Assembly (NCBI GenBank): GCA_045837725.1
Contig: JBEWZL010000123.1
Coordinates: forward strand, 310,001-374,000
DNA: 64,000 bases
Direction of reading: 5' to 3'
Source: Vermamoeba vermiformis
Lineage: Eukaryota
Part shown: piece after piece, positions 24,998 through 38,969 of the stretch
Position numbering within the stretch: the stretch's first letter is position 1
Layout of the letters: every line of letters begins with the position of its first letter
Made by a program: the position numbers and the translations under genes
The notes under the pieces: model-generated
Databases searched by the model: none
Seen by the model: the letters and a program-made list of their open reading frames with translations, nothing else
What the model was told of the DNA's origin: nothing

Positions 24998-25330
24998 CAA
25001 AAAATTCTAAAAATAATTATAATTTATTAATATTATTATTCAAATACTATTAGTGTATTATATTGAGCGCTAATAATTTTACTAATTTTTTTGTAAATAA
25101 TTTTCTCTTCGCGTGAGCTCAAGCAAAGTTTTACTTCTTACCTTGTGTAACTTTTGTTTAATAGGTATTTAAAAAATGCAACTTGTTGCCCAGTGTTTGA
25201 ACTTGGCGCTAATTGACGAAAATGAAAATTTTTGCGGATTTTTTATTCCGGATCCAAACAAGGACAAAGGTTATAAGAAAGTATTCGTACGCACGTGCAC
25301 AATTTATCTTTAATTTACATTTTTTTATTG

Positions 25331-27991
25331 TTAATCGGAACTCCAATCACTATCATCCGTATCTCCGCTACTATCATCTTCACTACTAGTACTATTATCA
25401 TTATCTTTCTTCCTTTGCATTACACTGTCCACAAATTGTTTGACAGCAGTAGCGCTCAATCTGTCTTTAACGAACTGCCAATTATCGTTTGGTGTCGTTT
25501 TTATCCATGCCGTCGGAGTGCCTTTCAATTCTTCGAAAAAAATCCAAGCGGTGCCAAACGCTAAATTCTTATTGATTTTGTTAGGCTGCATAATCTTCTC
25601 GGGCTTAGTATCCACAAAAAATTGTCTAAACACTTCACATTTGTGCAATTGTGAACTTAGCGCGTCGTTTGGTCGGTGTTGCAATAACCACGTGGCCAGC
25701 TTATTTAGTGGCTTATGACCTTTAATGCAATTATTCACGATCGAATACCTAAGAAAAAACATTAGCGGATCCGACAAAAAATTTTTTCTCTGAAAGTCTT
25801 TAAGCATAAGAATGTAGTTACCTCTTCCATTTATCTGTGTGAAAAAATGTCATCGAGTAGTAAAAACACTTGGATTGACTGATCATCGAATGAAATTTCC
25901 CCATCGTAACATCAACGACCTTAGCCAAAGAAAAAGATATCAAAATAATGTAACTCAAACGGTATTATACTTACGTCTAATTTTCCGCTGTGTTTGAGTT
26001 TTAACATTTGCACTTTCTGATTGACGTCTTTATCCAAAAAGCTAATGACACTCATGTGCTCGGAGTTCATGAACGCTATTTTTCCGCTGTACAACTACAA
26101 GTTCATTTTAGTGAATTAGAACAATAGAGGATAATCTCGTAATAATAGTCTTACTGGATGAAAGTCCATGTTTTGTTGATAGGCCGTTTGTTGGCCAAAA
26201 TTAATTGTCCGTAGAATTTGTTTCGTTTTCAAGCCGACAAACACAATGAATTGATTTTTCAGCCCTATAACAGCCATATTTTGAAATATAGTCATCGTAG
26301 TTATTTTTTTCTTGTATTATACGGTTAGATATCTGGTAAATTAATAGCTCATCAAAAACGTACTCCAACGGGGCAGCAATCAGGCAGTGAAATTCTATCT
26401 AAATCTGTTTTCGTAGAAATATCTGTTTTGATAATTTGCCTTCCTGAGACTTTCCATGCCTAAAAAAGGAAATTAGAAACGTTGGGTGAAATTTCAAAAG
26501 AGAAAGGAATACGTACCACGGTTGGGCTTTCCATGTGGATGATTCCCTTATGCGCTTCATAAGTGACATTGGGGTGCAAAATATCAGGATATACATAGCC
26601 GTATCCGCTCTAATAATAAAATAAGAAACTTTTTCGGACGTAAAAAAAGTAAGTCTTACTGTTTGATGAAAAATAACTAGCGTGCTGCCGTATAGGCCGA
26701 TAGGAACGTATCTATATAAATATTAACATTGTGATGCATAATATGCTTAGGTTTGACCTACACCGAGACGTTAGAAGCGTAAACAGTTTTTTTCTGATCC
26801 AGATCAAAGACGCGGATGACGTACTGGTCAGCCCTGTCGCTGCGCCTATAGTAAAAGCAGGCATATGGTGATGTATCGTCCTTATTGTGGATAGTTTTAA
26901 GGTCCCATACGTCGCCTAAAGCGGAACCGTTAGCTTTTTCAGAGTTCAAAAAGTGATGTTCGGATCGTACATTTTTTGAAGAATGAAACAGTCTTCGATA
27001 CGCGTACAGACTGCCCTGCTAGCTTTTTTATAGCCTCCATAGTGTCATATTTGAGCGAAAATACGTCTCCACCGTTTACATTTTTAGCTGTTTTCTGTAC
27101 GATGCAAGATCAGCAAGTTAAAATTCAATTTGAAAATTACTTACGACTATTAAAAGGTATCCTGCTGCTACAATAACATGCATATTGGGGAATTTCTACA
27201 TTCGGAGTTAGTTCAGTACTGAACTAGATCCGTTTTAAAAAATTCGTACGTACTTGTAACAAGGTCCGACCGTCCAGATCCCATAAATCACCAGTCATCA
27301 TCGCCAATAATCTATCCCCGCTAATTCGAATATTATAATTAAGAATTAACGATGAGGTAGTCGTACTCCTGAGAGACTTTAAATCGCGTTATAGCGGCCC
27401 ATCTGCCCCAAGTCGTTCTAGACATCAACGCTGTTCGCTCAAACGACGAGTACCATTCCCTAGTATCAGCGTGACTAGTAGCTAGAGTATCGATCACCAT
27501 CCTATTGTTAAATTACGTTAACAATTTAATTTACAACCGGGATCGAGATCCAAAAAAGACTTACAACTTCTTTTGCATATTACGCTTCGTTTGCGCAAAG
27601 CTCTGGAAATATTCACGCCACTTCACGTCCTTCAATTTGGTTGCGCCTGAAGGCAAATATTTTTCATTTATTAAGGCATCCTACAAAATTAATTTTAAAA
27701 TTAATCTATATTTATGTTTTGGTGAACAAACTTATCGCATTGTTTTGCCAAAAGATCGGTGAAGTTCGAATTAATTTAATTTTACGAAAATTATTGTTTT
27801 AACAAACTTACTCGCCACAGCTCAGAGAAGGCACTAGCAGAATGCCATTGTGAATTTACTAACGTAGCAGATATAAGTGTTTTTATATCGAGGTCGAAAG
27901 ACAAGATGAGGCACAAAAGCTCGGTCGGCAGCAAAGACCAACCAGAATCCACCGCTGCTTCAGCTTTACCAGATTCTTTTTCACCATTCAT
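25331..27991 (-). CDS. F-box protein with beta-rich C-terminal region, many short exons
   Basis: WSLLPTELLCLILSFDLDIKTLISATLVNSQW F-box in exon 1. Numerous GT-AG introns. Acidic Ser-rich tail ends at TAA 25331. Confidence 0.7.
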
Positions 27992-28446
27992 CGGTCTGCT
28001 TCGCTCAATATAAAATACTCGTTAGTAAACAAGAGTTTGCGCGCTTTAGATAAATTCCTGGGTGGTGCATCCGACAAAATGTCTGTTCGCCTAAATAAAG
28101 TAATGTGCGTTTATTATAACAAGAGTAAGACTTGGATTAGGATATTAGAGTGAAGAGGTAGTAAGAGTTGCGAAATAAATTCGCAAAAGAAAGCACGCAC
28201 ATTACCCTTCTAAACTAAGCATCAAGGTCCTAATCCATTGACTCGCTTCAGATCTCTAATTAAATGAATGAGATGTTGCCTCTTAGTCACCACTCGGGGC
28301 CTAGAGACAACGACAGCACGAAGCGAAGGTACCACGGTGCAGCCAAGCATGGAATGACTGCAACGGATCCAGCACTGGACACGACGAGATCTCGCGTTCA
28401 GTGAACGAGATGAAAACACAACCACAGCCGTCGCCTTCAGTTACGT

Positions 28447-30908
28447 TCAAGACATTTGCTCAACCCCCAAATCGCGAGGTTGAGCGTGTCTTGCCAAGTA
28501 CCAATTGCCTTGTCTCTTTTGTTCGCGGTCTCTGAACGAGCCAGGCTTGTTGATACGAGGTCTGCCACTAGCTGCAAAGAAGGTTAGTACGAGCACTTTA
28601 ACTGAAACACGGCAATAGAACCATACTTTTGTCAGTGCGCATGGTGATGTCAAGTGTCTTCAAAAACTCTTCCAAGCTCTTTTCAACAGCGAGTGGGCTA
28701 TAAATAGGTAAGACAAAGGCGTTCCCAATAAGGAGATATCAAATACTCACGCAGTCGCTTTTGTTTGAACGCTCGGAGTACCGTTGAACAAGACAATGCG
28801 ATCGGCCAAGTACGTTGCCAAGATCAAGTCGTGCTCGACAATGAAGGCAGTTTTCTTGTGGTTGCGCATGAATCTAGAGTATTATTAGTATTGTTCAGCT
28901 ACTTGGAGTTAATATTTGCTGCGTACCTCTTGAGAACTTTGGCCACGAGAACACGTTGCTCGACATCCAAGAAGTTTGAAGGCTCATCAAGCAAGTACAA
29001 ATCTGCTTCTTGTGCGAGGCAGACAGCGATGGCCACACGTTGTAATTCACCGCCAGAGAGTTCACAAAGCTAACAGAATGTTTAGAAACTTGATGAAAAA
29101 ATCACATGACAAGCGCTACTTACGCGATGAGTGAGCAACGGTGTGAGAGACAAAGGTTTGACGACTTCATTTCCGAAGGCAACAGATTGCCAGTTAGCAC
29201 CAGCTCTCTTGGTCAAGAGCTCGGTGACAGTCATCTACATTAAGAAATGGCCATCAGTACTTGTGGTTCTTGGCTCGAATGTTCTATTTGCTTACCTTCG
29301 ATTCGGTGGCCAAGCAATTGAGGTTTGTAGCTGACAACCATCGAGAACTCAACGGCAGTCTCGTCAGGCTTGAGCTTGCCAGCCAACAACTTGATGAAAG
29401 TTGATTTGCCAGTTCCGTTTTGACCGAACAAGACAATAATCTCGGAGCCAGTGAAATTGCCTTCTTCGACTTCAAGCGTGAACGAGCCAACAGTCTTTTT
29501 CATGCTTGGATAAGGAATGTAGTGCTTCTTTTCCTCTTCGTCATGATTGACTTGCTCAACTGCATCAGCAATTTGGAAGTTCAAAGGCTCAGGTCTGAAG
29601 CGCATGTTCTCGGTGGGAATGTAGCCGTCCAAATAGATGTTGATGCCTTCACGAACTCCGCTGGGCTTAGTGACAACGCCATAGGCAGAGGGCTCACCGT
29701 AGAGCAAGCAGACTTGATTGCAAATGAAATCAAGAACGCTCAAGTCGTGCTCCACGACAACGACGTACTTGTCCATCGACACCAAGGAGCGAATGGCTTT
29801 TGCGGCGTTGAGACGTTGCTTTACGTCCAAAAAGCTGCAAGGTTCATCGAAGAAATACCTTGAAGCAGGTTAGAAAAAAATGTCACGGTTGTAAAATGTT
29901 AGACTTACAAATCGGCATTTCTCATGCAGACACAAGCAATAGTGACACGTTGCAACTCTCCACCAGCAAGAGCTTTCAAAGGATGATCGAGCAAATGACC
30001 AATTTCTACGGACAAGTTAGCGAGTGACACGTGTCAAGTAACTCCTTGTAACTTACCGAGAAGAGCAATGATCTTCTCTCTGTTATCCAATTGTGCCTTT
30101 TCGTCAATGAGCTCACGAACAGTCTTCTCAGGAGCAGTCTTGGCTAAAAGTTCGACGTGCTGAGGCTTGATCGAGGTCTATTTGACACGTGTCAAACCAA
30201 CTAAAGAAAAACTCTATAAATACACCAAAGTACTTACAACAATCTTCTCCTCAGTAAGCTTGGTCAAGTAGTTTTGAATCTCAGAGCCGCGATAGTTCTT
30301 GATAATTTCTTGCCACTCTGGCGGGTTCTCAAAATTACCCAAGTTAGGCTTGACTTTACCAGCCAAAATTTTCAAAGCAGTGGTCTTGCCAACTCCGTTC
30401 TTGCCAATCAATCCCAAGACCTTGCCGAGACGAGGGATAGGCTACGTGAATTTATTAATAAAATAATTAACGGATCGAGAAGAATCCTCGCATACCAGAC
30501 GGTGGAGCTTGAACGAGTTTGGACCGTATTGATGAGCAGTATCAACTTTGAGGGCAGTAGGAAGCTTAATAATGCGAATAGCGTCGAAAGGGCATCGCTA
30601 CAAATTGTTAGTAGGCTGACAGACAAAATCATTTTAGTACCTTGACGCATTGTCCGCATCCGTTGCATTGAACTTCGCTGATAGTTGCGATTTTAGACTC
30701 TTTCGTAACTTCAACGCATTGACGACCCATTTTTACAACAGGACCTAATTTATTAAATTTTAGTAATAGGTTTTGATTGATTTTGGATCTTGCCGTGTAC
30801 TTCGGGCATCAATAAATACATACAGATTTTTCTGCATTCTTGTGCACAGTGTTGTGGGCGACATCGCTCCGGGTTCACCGAAGCAATTCGGTATTCAGTT
30901 TTCTCCAT
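28447..30908 (-). CDS. ABCE1: ABCE1/RLI1 ribosome-recycling ATPase (divergent; two apparent 1-bp consensus errors)
   Basis: Fe-S domain [59 protein letters not shown], Walker A GKNGVGKT and [27 protein letters not shown] and RPRINKPGS. Confidence 0.93.
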
Positions 30909-31305
30909 CTAGTACAAACTTGAACTTAACAATGCTGTATTGTCAGATTTGTGTTGATTAATAGAAGGTCAGGCGTAACTTTAATATAATTTTAGCAAAT
31001 TGATAGCCAAAGCGCCCGAGAAAGAAATGAGAAAACCGAAATGCAGATCCGTAGTGGTTTGAGATCTCCACCAAAACGTCCCTTAAATGTGAAGGATGAC
31101 AGAGTGTGCACCACACTTCCGTTACATATATTTAAACTTGAGGATTGTGATAAGTAACGCAAAAGTACTTACAGTGGAAAAACGCCTGCGTGTCTAGATC
31201 CGATGCAGTGCAGGGCGGTACCACGACAACATGCAAAAATTGATGGCAATTATCTCCTTTGATAACTTGGTGTGTAGCACCAGACTATGGGATGGAAGCA
31301 GCCTC

Positions 31306-32065
31306 CTAGGAGATCGTGCAACATGCGCAACTCTGCTCCTCGTCACGCCTGCCGAGAATAGATGTGTTTTCGTTAGCGTCATATTTTCTAACGTCTTTGT
31401 GCACGGGAACTTCGTGTTTGGGAGCGACTTCTTCGCGCCAGTCATTGTCTTGTTCTTCACCGTGATCTAGCAGCGGATCTTGCTCGCTTGTAGGCTCATA
31501 GGCTTGAGGAACTAACTTATCAAGGTCCACTATTTCTTCATCTGTAAAAGCACATTAGAAATCGTGCTCAAATCGGATTTAGCTATCTGTGGAAAATCTT
31601 TTGCAATGTAGACATTTAAATACCTCGGAAAGGATCCTTATTGACAGGAGGTGCTTTTGGTTTAATTTTTCCTTCTTGGAGCAATCTCAGACGTCGCTCT
31701 GAAATAAGATCTTTAGCGTTTTTTCGGAATTTGGCATGGACCGCTTGAATAATCCAGCAAAAAATATGTTACGTTGTGCAATTACCTAGTTTTTCTACGT
31801 GTACTTCGCTGTCTGTTTTTACGACACTCCACTTTAAAAAGGCGGGATCTTTCATTATCTTGTCTTCTTGAGGCTCTGTATTTATTACAACCTCGGTACT
31901 TTCAACTTTAGCATTGAATTCATCGTTTTTATCGGAAAATAACTGGCTTGGATCGACTGGTGGCTCATCTGTTGTAGATGTCGACTGCGACGGGATTGTC
32001 ATTGCGTAAACATCAATTTCTGACGGGGTCTCGTCAAACTTTACTATGGGATCAGGTAAATTCAT
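31306..32065 (-). CDS. small acidic disordered protein with C-terminal CaaX (CACCTIS*)
   Basis: Three exons joined by GT-AG introns. Terminal EEQSCACCTIS followed by TAG. Confidence 0.55.
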
Positions 32066-32230
32066 TGTGGTGTTGCTAGAAAGCCTCACGATCTGCAATG
32101 AACAGAAGGAGAGACTGCACAAAAATTAATCATATGTCGTTTCGGCAAGCGAGAGTGTCGAAAAAATTCGATATTTTTATTATTGTCGTGTTCGCTCTTG
32201 TGAAGGCCCTCAATAGCTATTATTTAATTG

Positions 32231-35026
32231 ATGTTTGGTTCAGTTAGAAAAGTACTAAATTGGCTTTCGCCTGGATCTGACTCGAAAGGAAGAAAAAGAC
32301 CAAGAGACGAAGACGAAAAGTATGCATGGTGTTATATAAATATAAATAGCAATTATATGGAATATTCAGCAAGAGTTGTTGGATTCGGCAGACTTTAACA
32401 AGATTTGCGAACTCAGAATGCCTGTAACTTTACTGACAATTGTATTTATTTAGCGTATTGACTGACGAAGAAAGAGAAAGATTAAAGAGAAGAAAAAGCG
32501 ATTTTTCAAGCAAGCCTGTTCGACTAGGTAAATTAATTAATTTGGTCAGATCCGTAATTATTTTGCAAAACTCTCAAACCGCCTGATCGCCTTCAATTAT
32601 CGATTTGCGTTTAGATAAATAATTATTGGGCAATTTAAAATGCTCTTTGCTAAAGTTAGAAATTTTCGCGGGATCCGGCTTTGTGACGATCGAGCAGAGC
32701 ACAGACAATTTACTATTCTTTTGATAATAGCTTTAATGCGTTACATATATTTATTATAACGCAAAAATATATTTGCAGAAGACTAACGATTTATTTTTAA
32801 GAAACTTTATTCTCTCCTTTCAAATCTGTCGTGGATCGTCTCAATAATACCAACAATACCAACCACCAACATATGAACGGCACTAATCATAACGAATATT
32901 CAAATATGAACGGTCATTCCGAAAAACATAACGATAAGCAAATGAACGGATTCGTCGATCTGACTGACGAGCCTGTAGAGGAAGAAGACGAAGTTATTGT
33001 CGATGATAATATTACAATTACAAATCTGTTGCATCATAATACCAACAATAACAATAATAAGACCAATTGGCAAGACACTGAGGTGGATGTGGTCACCAAA
33101 ACAAACACGAATTCAGCGGATAACTTAACACGCCTCTCACAGCGCAATTTTACGCCAAAATCGACACGAGCATTAGTAACGCAACAAAACAGCGCTAATA
33201 AGTCGCAGAAGATTGATGCCGTTGATATTTTATCGGATCTTACACCAGTTTCATCGGTGCCTTCAAAATCCATTGAAGAACACCTTAAAGAATCATTATA
33301 CGTTACTCCCTCACGATCACGTCCTACAGTCATCGATCGAATAGTACGTGCCAAAATATACATACCCAATCGAGAAAACTAATTATAACGTTTCTATTTT
33401 AGGAAAGTATCGAGGAAGATAACGTCGAGAGTGACTTTTTGGACTCATTACTCGGTCCCAAACCAGTCAAACAACAAGTTACTCGTACCCCCACTGCACC
33501 TTCAGCACGTAAGTATTTAACATTACTCACGTGGTTCTTGAAAGTTTCGCCAACGGAGACCAGAACCGCGCCAACAAGTGATCGACGAAGATTTTGAATT
33601 TAACCGTCAAGTCCGCGATGTACGACGAAAGAGCGTCGGCGAGCTTTTGCCGCGTACTCGTGCTGCAGAATCTGTTGTTGTACAACCCACACCCGACGTC
33701 GTGACACCTGCCAAGGGCAATTTTGACTCGTTCATTAAAAATTTTGCGTCACCTATCACGAGCCGAAAGCCCACAGCCGGTTATCAAGACGTTGACTTGT
33801 GGCAGTTAGAATTAGAAAACGAACAGTTTAGACGAAAACAAGACTATGTCGCGAAGCAGATCCAATCACTGCGAGAATTGTCCGAGAAATATCGCAATAG
33901 TGAAGTTAAAATCGACGAAGAGGTACGTAAAGGACTCTCATAACATTTATTACAAGCGATATTAATGGTTGGTTTCAAAGTTCTTTAAGCGCATTCAACA
34001 AGCCAAAGAAGAAGAGCGCAAGAAAGAATTGGCAAAGAAAGCACAAGCTGACGCCGAAGAAGATTTCAGACAGCTCACGCCTGAAGACATTGAGTTGGTC
34101 CGAACAGTACGTTGCGAAATTAATTTCTATTTTTAGATCAAATTTTAATGGTTCGTCAATAGTCACTTAAAGGAGGCGATCTTGATGTTGTTGCAGCGGA
34201 CTCGAATTTGGAACTCGAAAGAAAAGATTTGCGCCGATTACAGCACACTGAATGGCTCAACGACGAAGTGGTCAATTTCTACATGAACGTCGTCTTGACC
34301 AAGCGATGCAAAGAGCTCGGCAACAAGTGTCACTTTTTCAACTCATTTTTCTATCCACTGTTGAGCTCTGGCGGTGGATACAACTACTCTCGTGTTCAAA
34401 AGTGGACTAAGACCGTAAGTACTACTTTAGAGCCTTATGAAGTTCCATTGCCTGACGGTACTTTTAGATCGATATTTTTGCCTTAGATAAAGTCCTCGTG
34501 CCTATTCACTTGGGCAATCACTGGTGCTTGGCGGTGATTAACTTCCTCGATAAACGATTCGAGTACTACGACTCATTGGGCGGTGAAAACAAAAAGTGTC
34601 TCGAGGTACGTACACGATACCAATTTTCTGACCTATTACCATAACGCGACAAAAATATTCGTTGTATTGATTACTTTTGATGAGTAGAGATTGGAACGAT
34701 ATGTCAAAGACGAGTACAAGACAAAGCACAACGGCGAGTATGACACGAGTCAATGGGAGTTCCACACGCCCCTCGACATCCCGCACCAACAGAACGGTTA
34801 CGACTGCGGTGTGTTCATGTGTAAATTTGCTGATTACTCTTCAAAGTAAGTCCAAACGAGCTCATTATACAAGTACTCTATATTAATCTTTATCTATTAA
34901 TACAAGTACTTTATATTAATGTTTCTATCTTTTAGGAATAAGCCGTTCAATTTCAACCAGAACCATATGAAATATTTCAGACAACGAATGATCCTGGAGA
35001 TTATGAAGAAACAAGCGCTGAGTTAA
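32231..35026 (+). CDS. SUMO-specific protease, Ulp1/SENP (peptidase C48)
   Basis: WLNDEVVNFYM, FFNSFFY, PIHLGNHWCLAVINF, YYDSLG and QQNGYDCGVFMCKFAD (His-Asp-Cys triad). Long Asn-rich disordered N-terminus with NLS-like RKRPR. Confidence 0.92.
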
Positions 35027-35169
35027 CGTGTAGTGTTGTTAATGTATTGTGTAATCTAAATTTTGAAAAGTAAAATCAACAGCGTCAGATCCTTCCGTTC
35101 CGTTTCCGAATTTCTGGTGAACTTTGCTGAAACGGCAAATAGACCACAGATTTTGATCAAAACAACATA

Positions 35170-36432
35170 ATGGAGAACGAGTGCATTAAATTAATTAAGA
35201 CTGGCGACGTCTACGTCTTGACTATGAGAGCTGGGGAGAACAGATTCAACCCAACTTTTGTTGCACGATTCAATGAAGCATTAGATTTTGTCGAAAGGTA
35301 TAATATTATTAGTAGTAAATACTCAGCGCAAGGAAATGGAATAATACGCGTTCCCGAGCAAGATCTTGATTTTCATTTTTGACCTTCGCTTGGAAAAATA
35401 ATTAACGAACATTAATATTGCGAATATATCAAATATACTATTGCTTAATTATTTATGCCTTTTGAAAATTCAGACGCGGTTCGCTAATGATTTATTCTAG
35501 ACAGAAAGGTGCTGCAGCTCTTGTCACAACTGGAGAAGGCAAATTTTTCTCTAATGGTAATCAATATACTCAAGAATATTATATGATCTGCTCAAGAGTG
35601 TTAAATTTCAATTAAGGTTTGGATTTGAACTGGATGGGAGCGAACAAAGCTGGTGCTATGCAAAACGTTGTTGAAGTCCAGAAATTATTCGCCCGCGTGC
35701 TCACATTCCCCGTGCCTACCGTTGCTGCTATTAATGGTCATGCTTATGCTGGTAACTATCGGGATCCTATCAGGTACCTTCCGAACTAGCTCTTCTAACG
35801 ACCTCTTAGGCGGTGCCATGCTTGCTTTGGCTCACGATTATCGTGTTATGCGCCAAGACCGAGGCTTTTTCTGCCTCCCTGGTACGTCAGTCTTGAAACA
35901 TCCCTTCATGCATCTTAATTGACTTTATTTCCTATTGTAGAAATCGATTTGGGCATTCCTTTTACTCCTGGAATGAACTCGTTGATTGTGTAAGTATAAT
36001 TGGCACCTGGCAACTATAATTTGAAGTGTTCAATTCGATCTGCCTGATCCTTCCGCTTTTGTGGACCGGTCCGGATGCAGTAGCCACGTTCTCCGGCACG
36101 TGGAATAGATATTGAAATGTACTCTAACACTCCTACCAAATAGCTCCAAGTTGAGCCACACAATCTTCGTTCGTGATATGTTGTTCTTTGGTGCAAAATT
36201 TGACGGCAGAGAAGCGCAGACGAAACAGTTCGTTGATATGTCCGTACCTGGCGACGACTCTGTCATTAAGACTGCCATGGACCTGGCTCAACAACAAGCT
36301 GGCAAAGGTGCCAAGCGATGGGTCCTTGGTGCTATTAAACAAGAGCGATACAGAGCCGAAGTGGATCAGCTGCTCAACGGTGGAATGGGCCAAGGAGGTG
36401 TTGCTCTCGAAAAGGCATTCTCGAAGATGTAG
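35170..36432 (+). CDS. enoyl-CoA delta-isomerase/hydratase (crotonase family), probably peroxisomal
   Basis: [56 protein letters not shown] and C-terminal PTS1-like SKM*. Confidence 0.9.
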
Positions 36433-36944
36433 ATATATGCTCTATATATGATATCACTGTTAATAGGAGTAAATGATCTTTCTCGTCAACTGATTGGATC
36501 GCTCAAAATGAAACCCAAAGGCCAGCGGACGTAAGATAATACTCTCCTAACCTTAAAATTATAGGACAACTCATGGCTGTAAGCTGATTACCGAAGCTTC
36601 GAGAATGATCTTCGTAGTCAGAAGAATAGTGGCTTCTCGTGGGCAGCGGCGTTTTACCTTTTATGGAAGTCCCGCCACATCGAATAACCTTAATATTTTG
36701 GTTCATCTAATCTATTCTACATTGCACGAACAATCACTACTAGTCTTCGATTCATCAGAAGCAAAACACCAGAGGTAAGCCAAGCTCGTTCGCGGCGAAA
36801 TAGATCTGTTCCGCCCTATTAATTGCAAATCTGTAATTCAATTGAACAATATTTACATTTGTTATTTTAATAATTTTTATTATTATTTACGGTGAAAATA
36901 CTGAGCTGTTATTTTTTAAGATTATTTTCAATTTGTTTGAGAAA

Positions 36945-37916
36945 ATGAAGGCAGCAGTCGTATACGAAGCCGGTGGCCCTGAAGTTCTGAAAATAGAGCA
37001 GCGACCTATCCCAAAGCCTAAAAATGGCGAAGTGCTGATCCGCGTCAAAGCTTTTGGTCTGAACAGATCCGAGCTTTTCACTCGTCAAGGTCACTCTCCT
37101 TCAGTAAAATTTCCTCGAATTCTCGGAATAGAAGCCACTGGTGTCGTGGAAGAAGCTCCTGGCGGCGAATTCCCGGTCGGTCAAGCAGTAGCGACTGTCA
37201 TGGGCGGCTTGGGTCGGCAATTTGACGGAGGGTATGCGGAGTATACCTGTGTGCCAGCCAATCAAATTAGAGCGATCCACTCTAAGCTCCCCTGGGAGAC
37301 GATTGGTGCGCTGCCAGAAATGCTACAAACAGCTTGGGGATCCCTGTTCACTTCATTGAAGATAGCACCTGGCGAGCGCTTGTTGATCCGTGGTGGCACT
37401 ACATCTGTCGGTTTAGCTGCCGCAGGCATTGCTAAGAAACATGGATTAGTCATTATATCTACTACGCGCAATCCCAGCTCAGAACAGTTGCTCAGATCTA
37501 GTGGAGCCGATCACGTGGTTATCGACAACGGATCTATCGCAGAACAAGTAAAGCAACTCTTCGTTGGTCAAGGCGTGGATAAAATCCTCGAGTTAGTTGG
37601 AGTTACAACGCTACGTGACTCGTTGAAGTGCGTTAAGAAGAGCGCCATTGTCTGCATGACTGGCATCGTTGGCAACAAATGGACTTACGAGCAGTTTTCG
37701 CCAATGGAAGTGATTCCGAGCGGTGTTTGCTTAACAACATACGCGGGTGGCGTTGAGGATTTTATGCAAACGCCGTTTGACGATTTACTGCAACAGATCG
37801 AGGATCAAACTTTGAAAATTCAGATAGGCAAAGTATTCAAACTTGACGAGATTGTAGAAGCACATCGTTGCATGGAAGAAAATCGGGCAGGTGGAAAGAT
37901 CGTCGTTATTGCTTAA
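36945..37916 (+). CDS. MDR-family NADPH:quinone oxidoreductase-like protein, intronless
   Basis: [55 protein letters not shown] and [16 protein letters not shown]. Confidence 0.92.
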   Translation: MKAAVVYEAGGPEVLKIEQRPIPKPKNGEVLIRVKAFGLNRSELFTRQGHSPSVKFPRILGIEATGVVEEAPGGEFPVGQAVATVMGGLGRQFDGGYAEYTCVPANQIRAIHSKLPWETIGALPEMLQTAWGSLFTSLKIAPGERLLIRGGTTSVGLAAAGIAKKHGLVIISTTRNPSSEQLLRSSGADHVVIDNGSIAEQVKQLFVGQGVDKILELVGVTTLRDSLKCVKKSAIVCMTGIVGNKWTYEQFSPMEVIPSGVCLTTYAGGVEDFMQTPFDDLLQQIEDQTLKIQIGKVFKLDEIVEAHRCMEENRAGGKIVVIA

Positions 37917-38969
37917 CGCAAGATCTACGGAGTTAGAATATCGAATAAATTTATCCGGCCGTAAATCGATAACGGCGGTTGAGGCCGAATGCTTGTTAGG
38001 AGTAAGCGAAAGATGCTGTATCGTGTCATGGTTAAATTGTTTTCTTTTCGACAGATCTATTGAAATTTTCGGACCTTCCGAAGTCGACTCGAAAATCTTG
38101 ACAGCAATGGGACACAGGTACATTATTACTTTACTACAACGCAGTCGAAAGGCGACTTTGGGAGAAGTATCAAGGAACTCTTCAATTTTATGAAGGCTTC
38201 GTAGCACAGCGTGCAGCGGTTGAGGCGGACGGTAAATATAAAAAAATCCGTGATTAAATCTTAACGAATCAATCTAATTTTAACTAATTTTGAAGCTTTA
38301 CCGTTTAGCGAGCAAAATTTGAAAATACGTGAAGATCCTTTCAAGGCATTTTTAAAATTTAAATTTAGCATATTTCAGATGTATCTAATAGTTGTGATGG
38401 AATCATGCTTTGACGCATCGAGGGCGATAAGCTGAAACAGGTTTTCGGATCCCACAGCTCTATTTTTGTCAGGTTGATTTAACAATTTTGCCCAGTCGTT
38501 TCTCAGCCCTATAAAGCGTTTAGTTTGAAGGGCCAAGAATGGGCGTTGAACGAAAGCGTCAGACGCGACGAAAGCGGACTCATCCGCGGAAATATTCGTC
38601 TTCTGCAGAAAACATAAATCTCCTTTCTATAGCCAACCTCAGTCACTTTCGAGTAAATGCCGCTGGCCAGAAATTAATAATATTCAAGCTGGTTGCTTCA
38701 CAAATTTGAACCATCCGTTGTAAAAGTACAAAAATTGCTGCCGGTTGACTGGATCTGTGCTTTATCGATTGATCTTAGATATCTATCTCATAAGCAAGAT
38801 TAACATTATTAGCGCCAACGATTGGTTAAGCGATGACCTGTCAAGTTGTCATATGATTCTACGATAAATTCCTGCGGAAAAGAAAAATTTGTCCGTTGTG
38901 CGAAAACATTTAAACCTAGTTTGCTCGTTATTTTCATCACATTTTCAAATCAACAACACTTCGCTTACA

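Noticed and set aside
34866-34932. ~33-bp tandem duplication in the last SENP intron
   Set aside because: Ordinary slippage duplication with no evident function.
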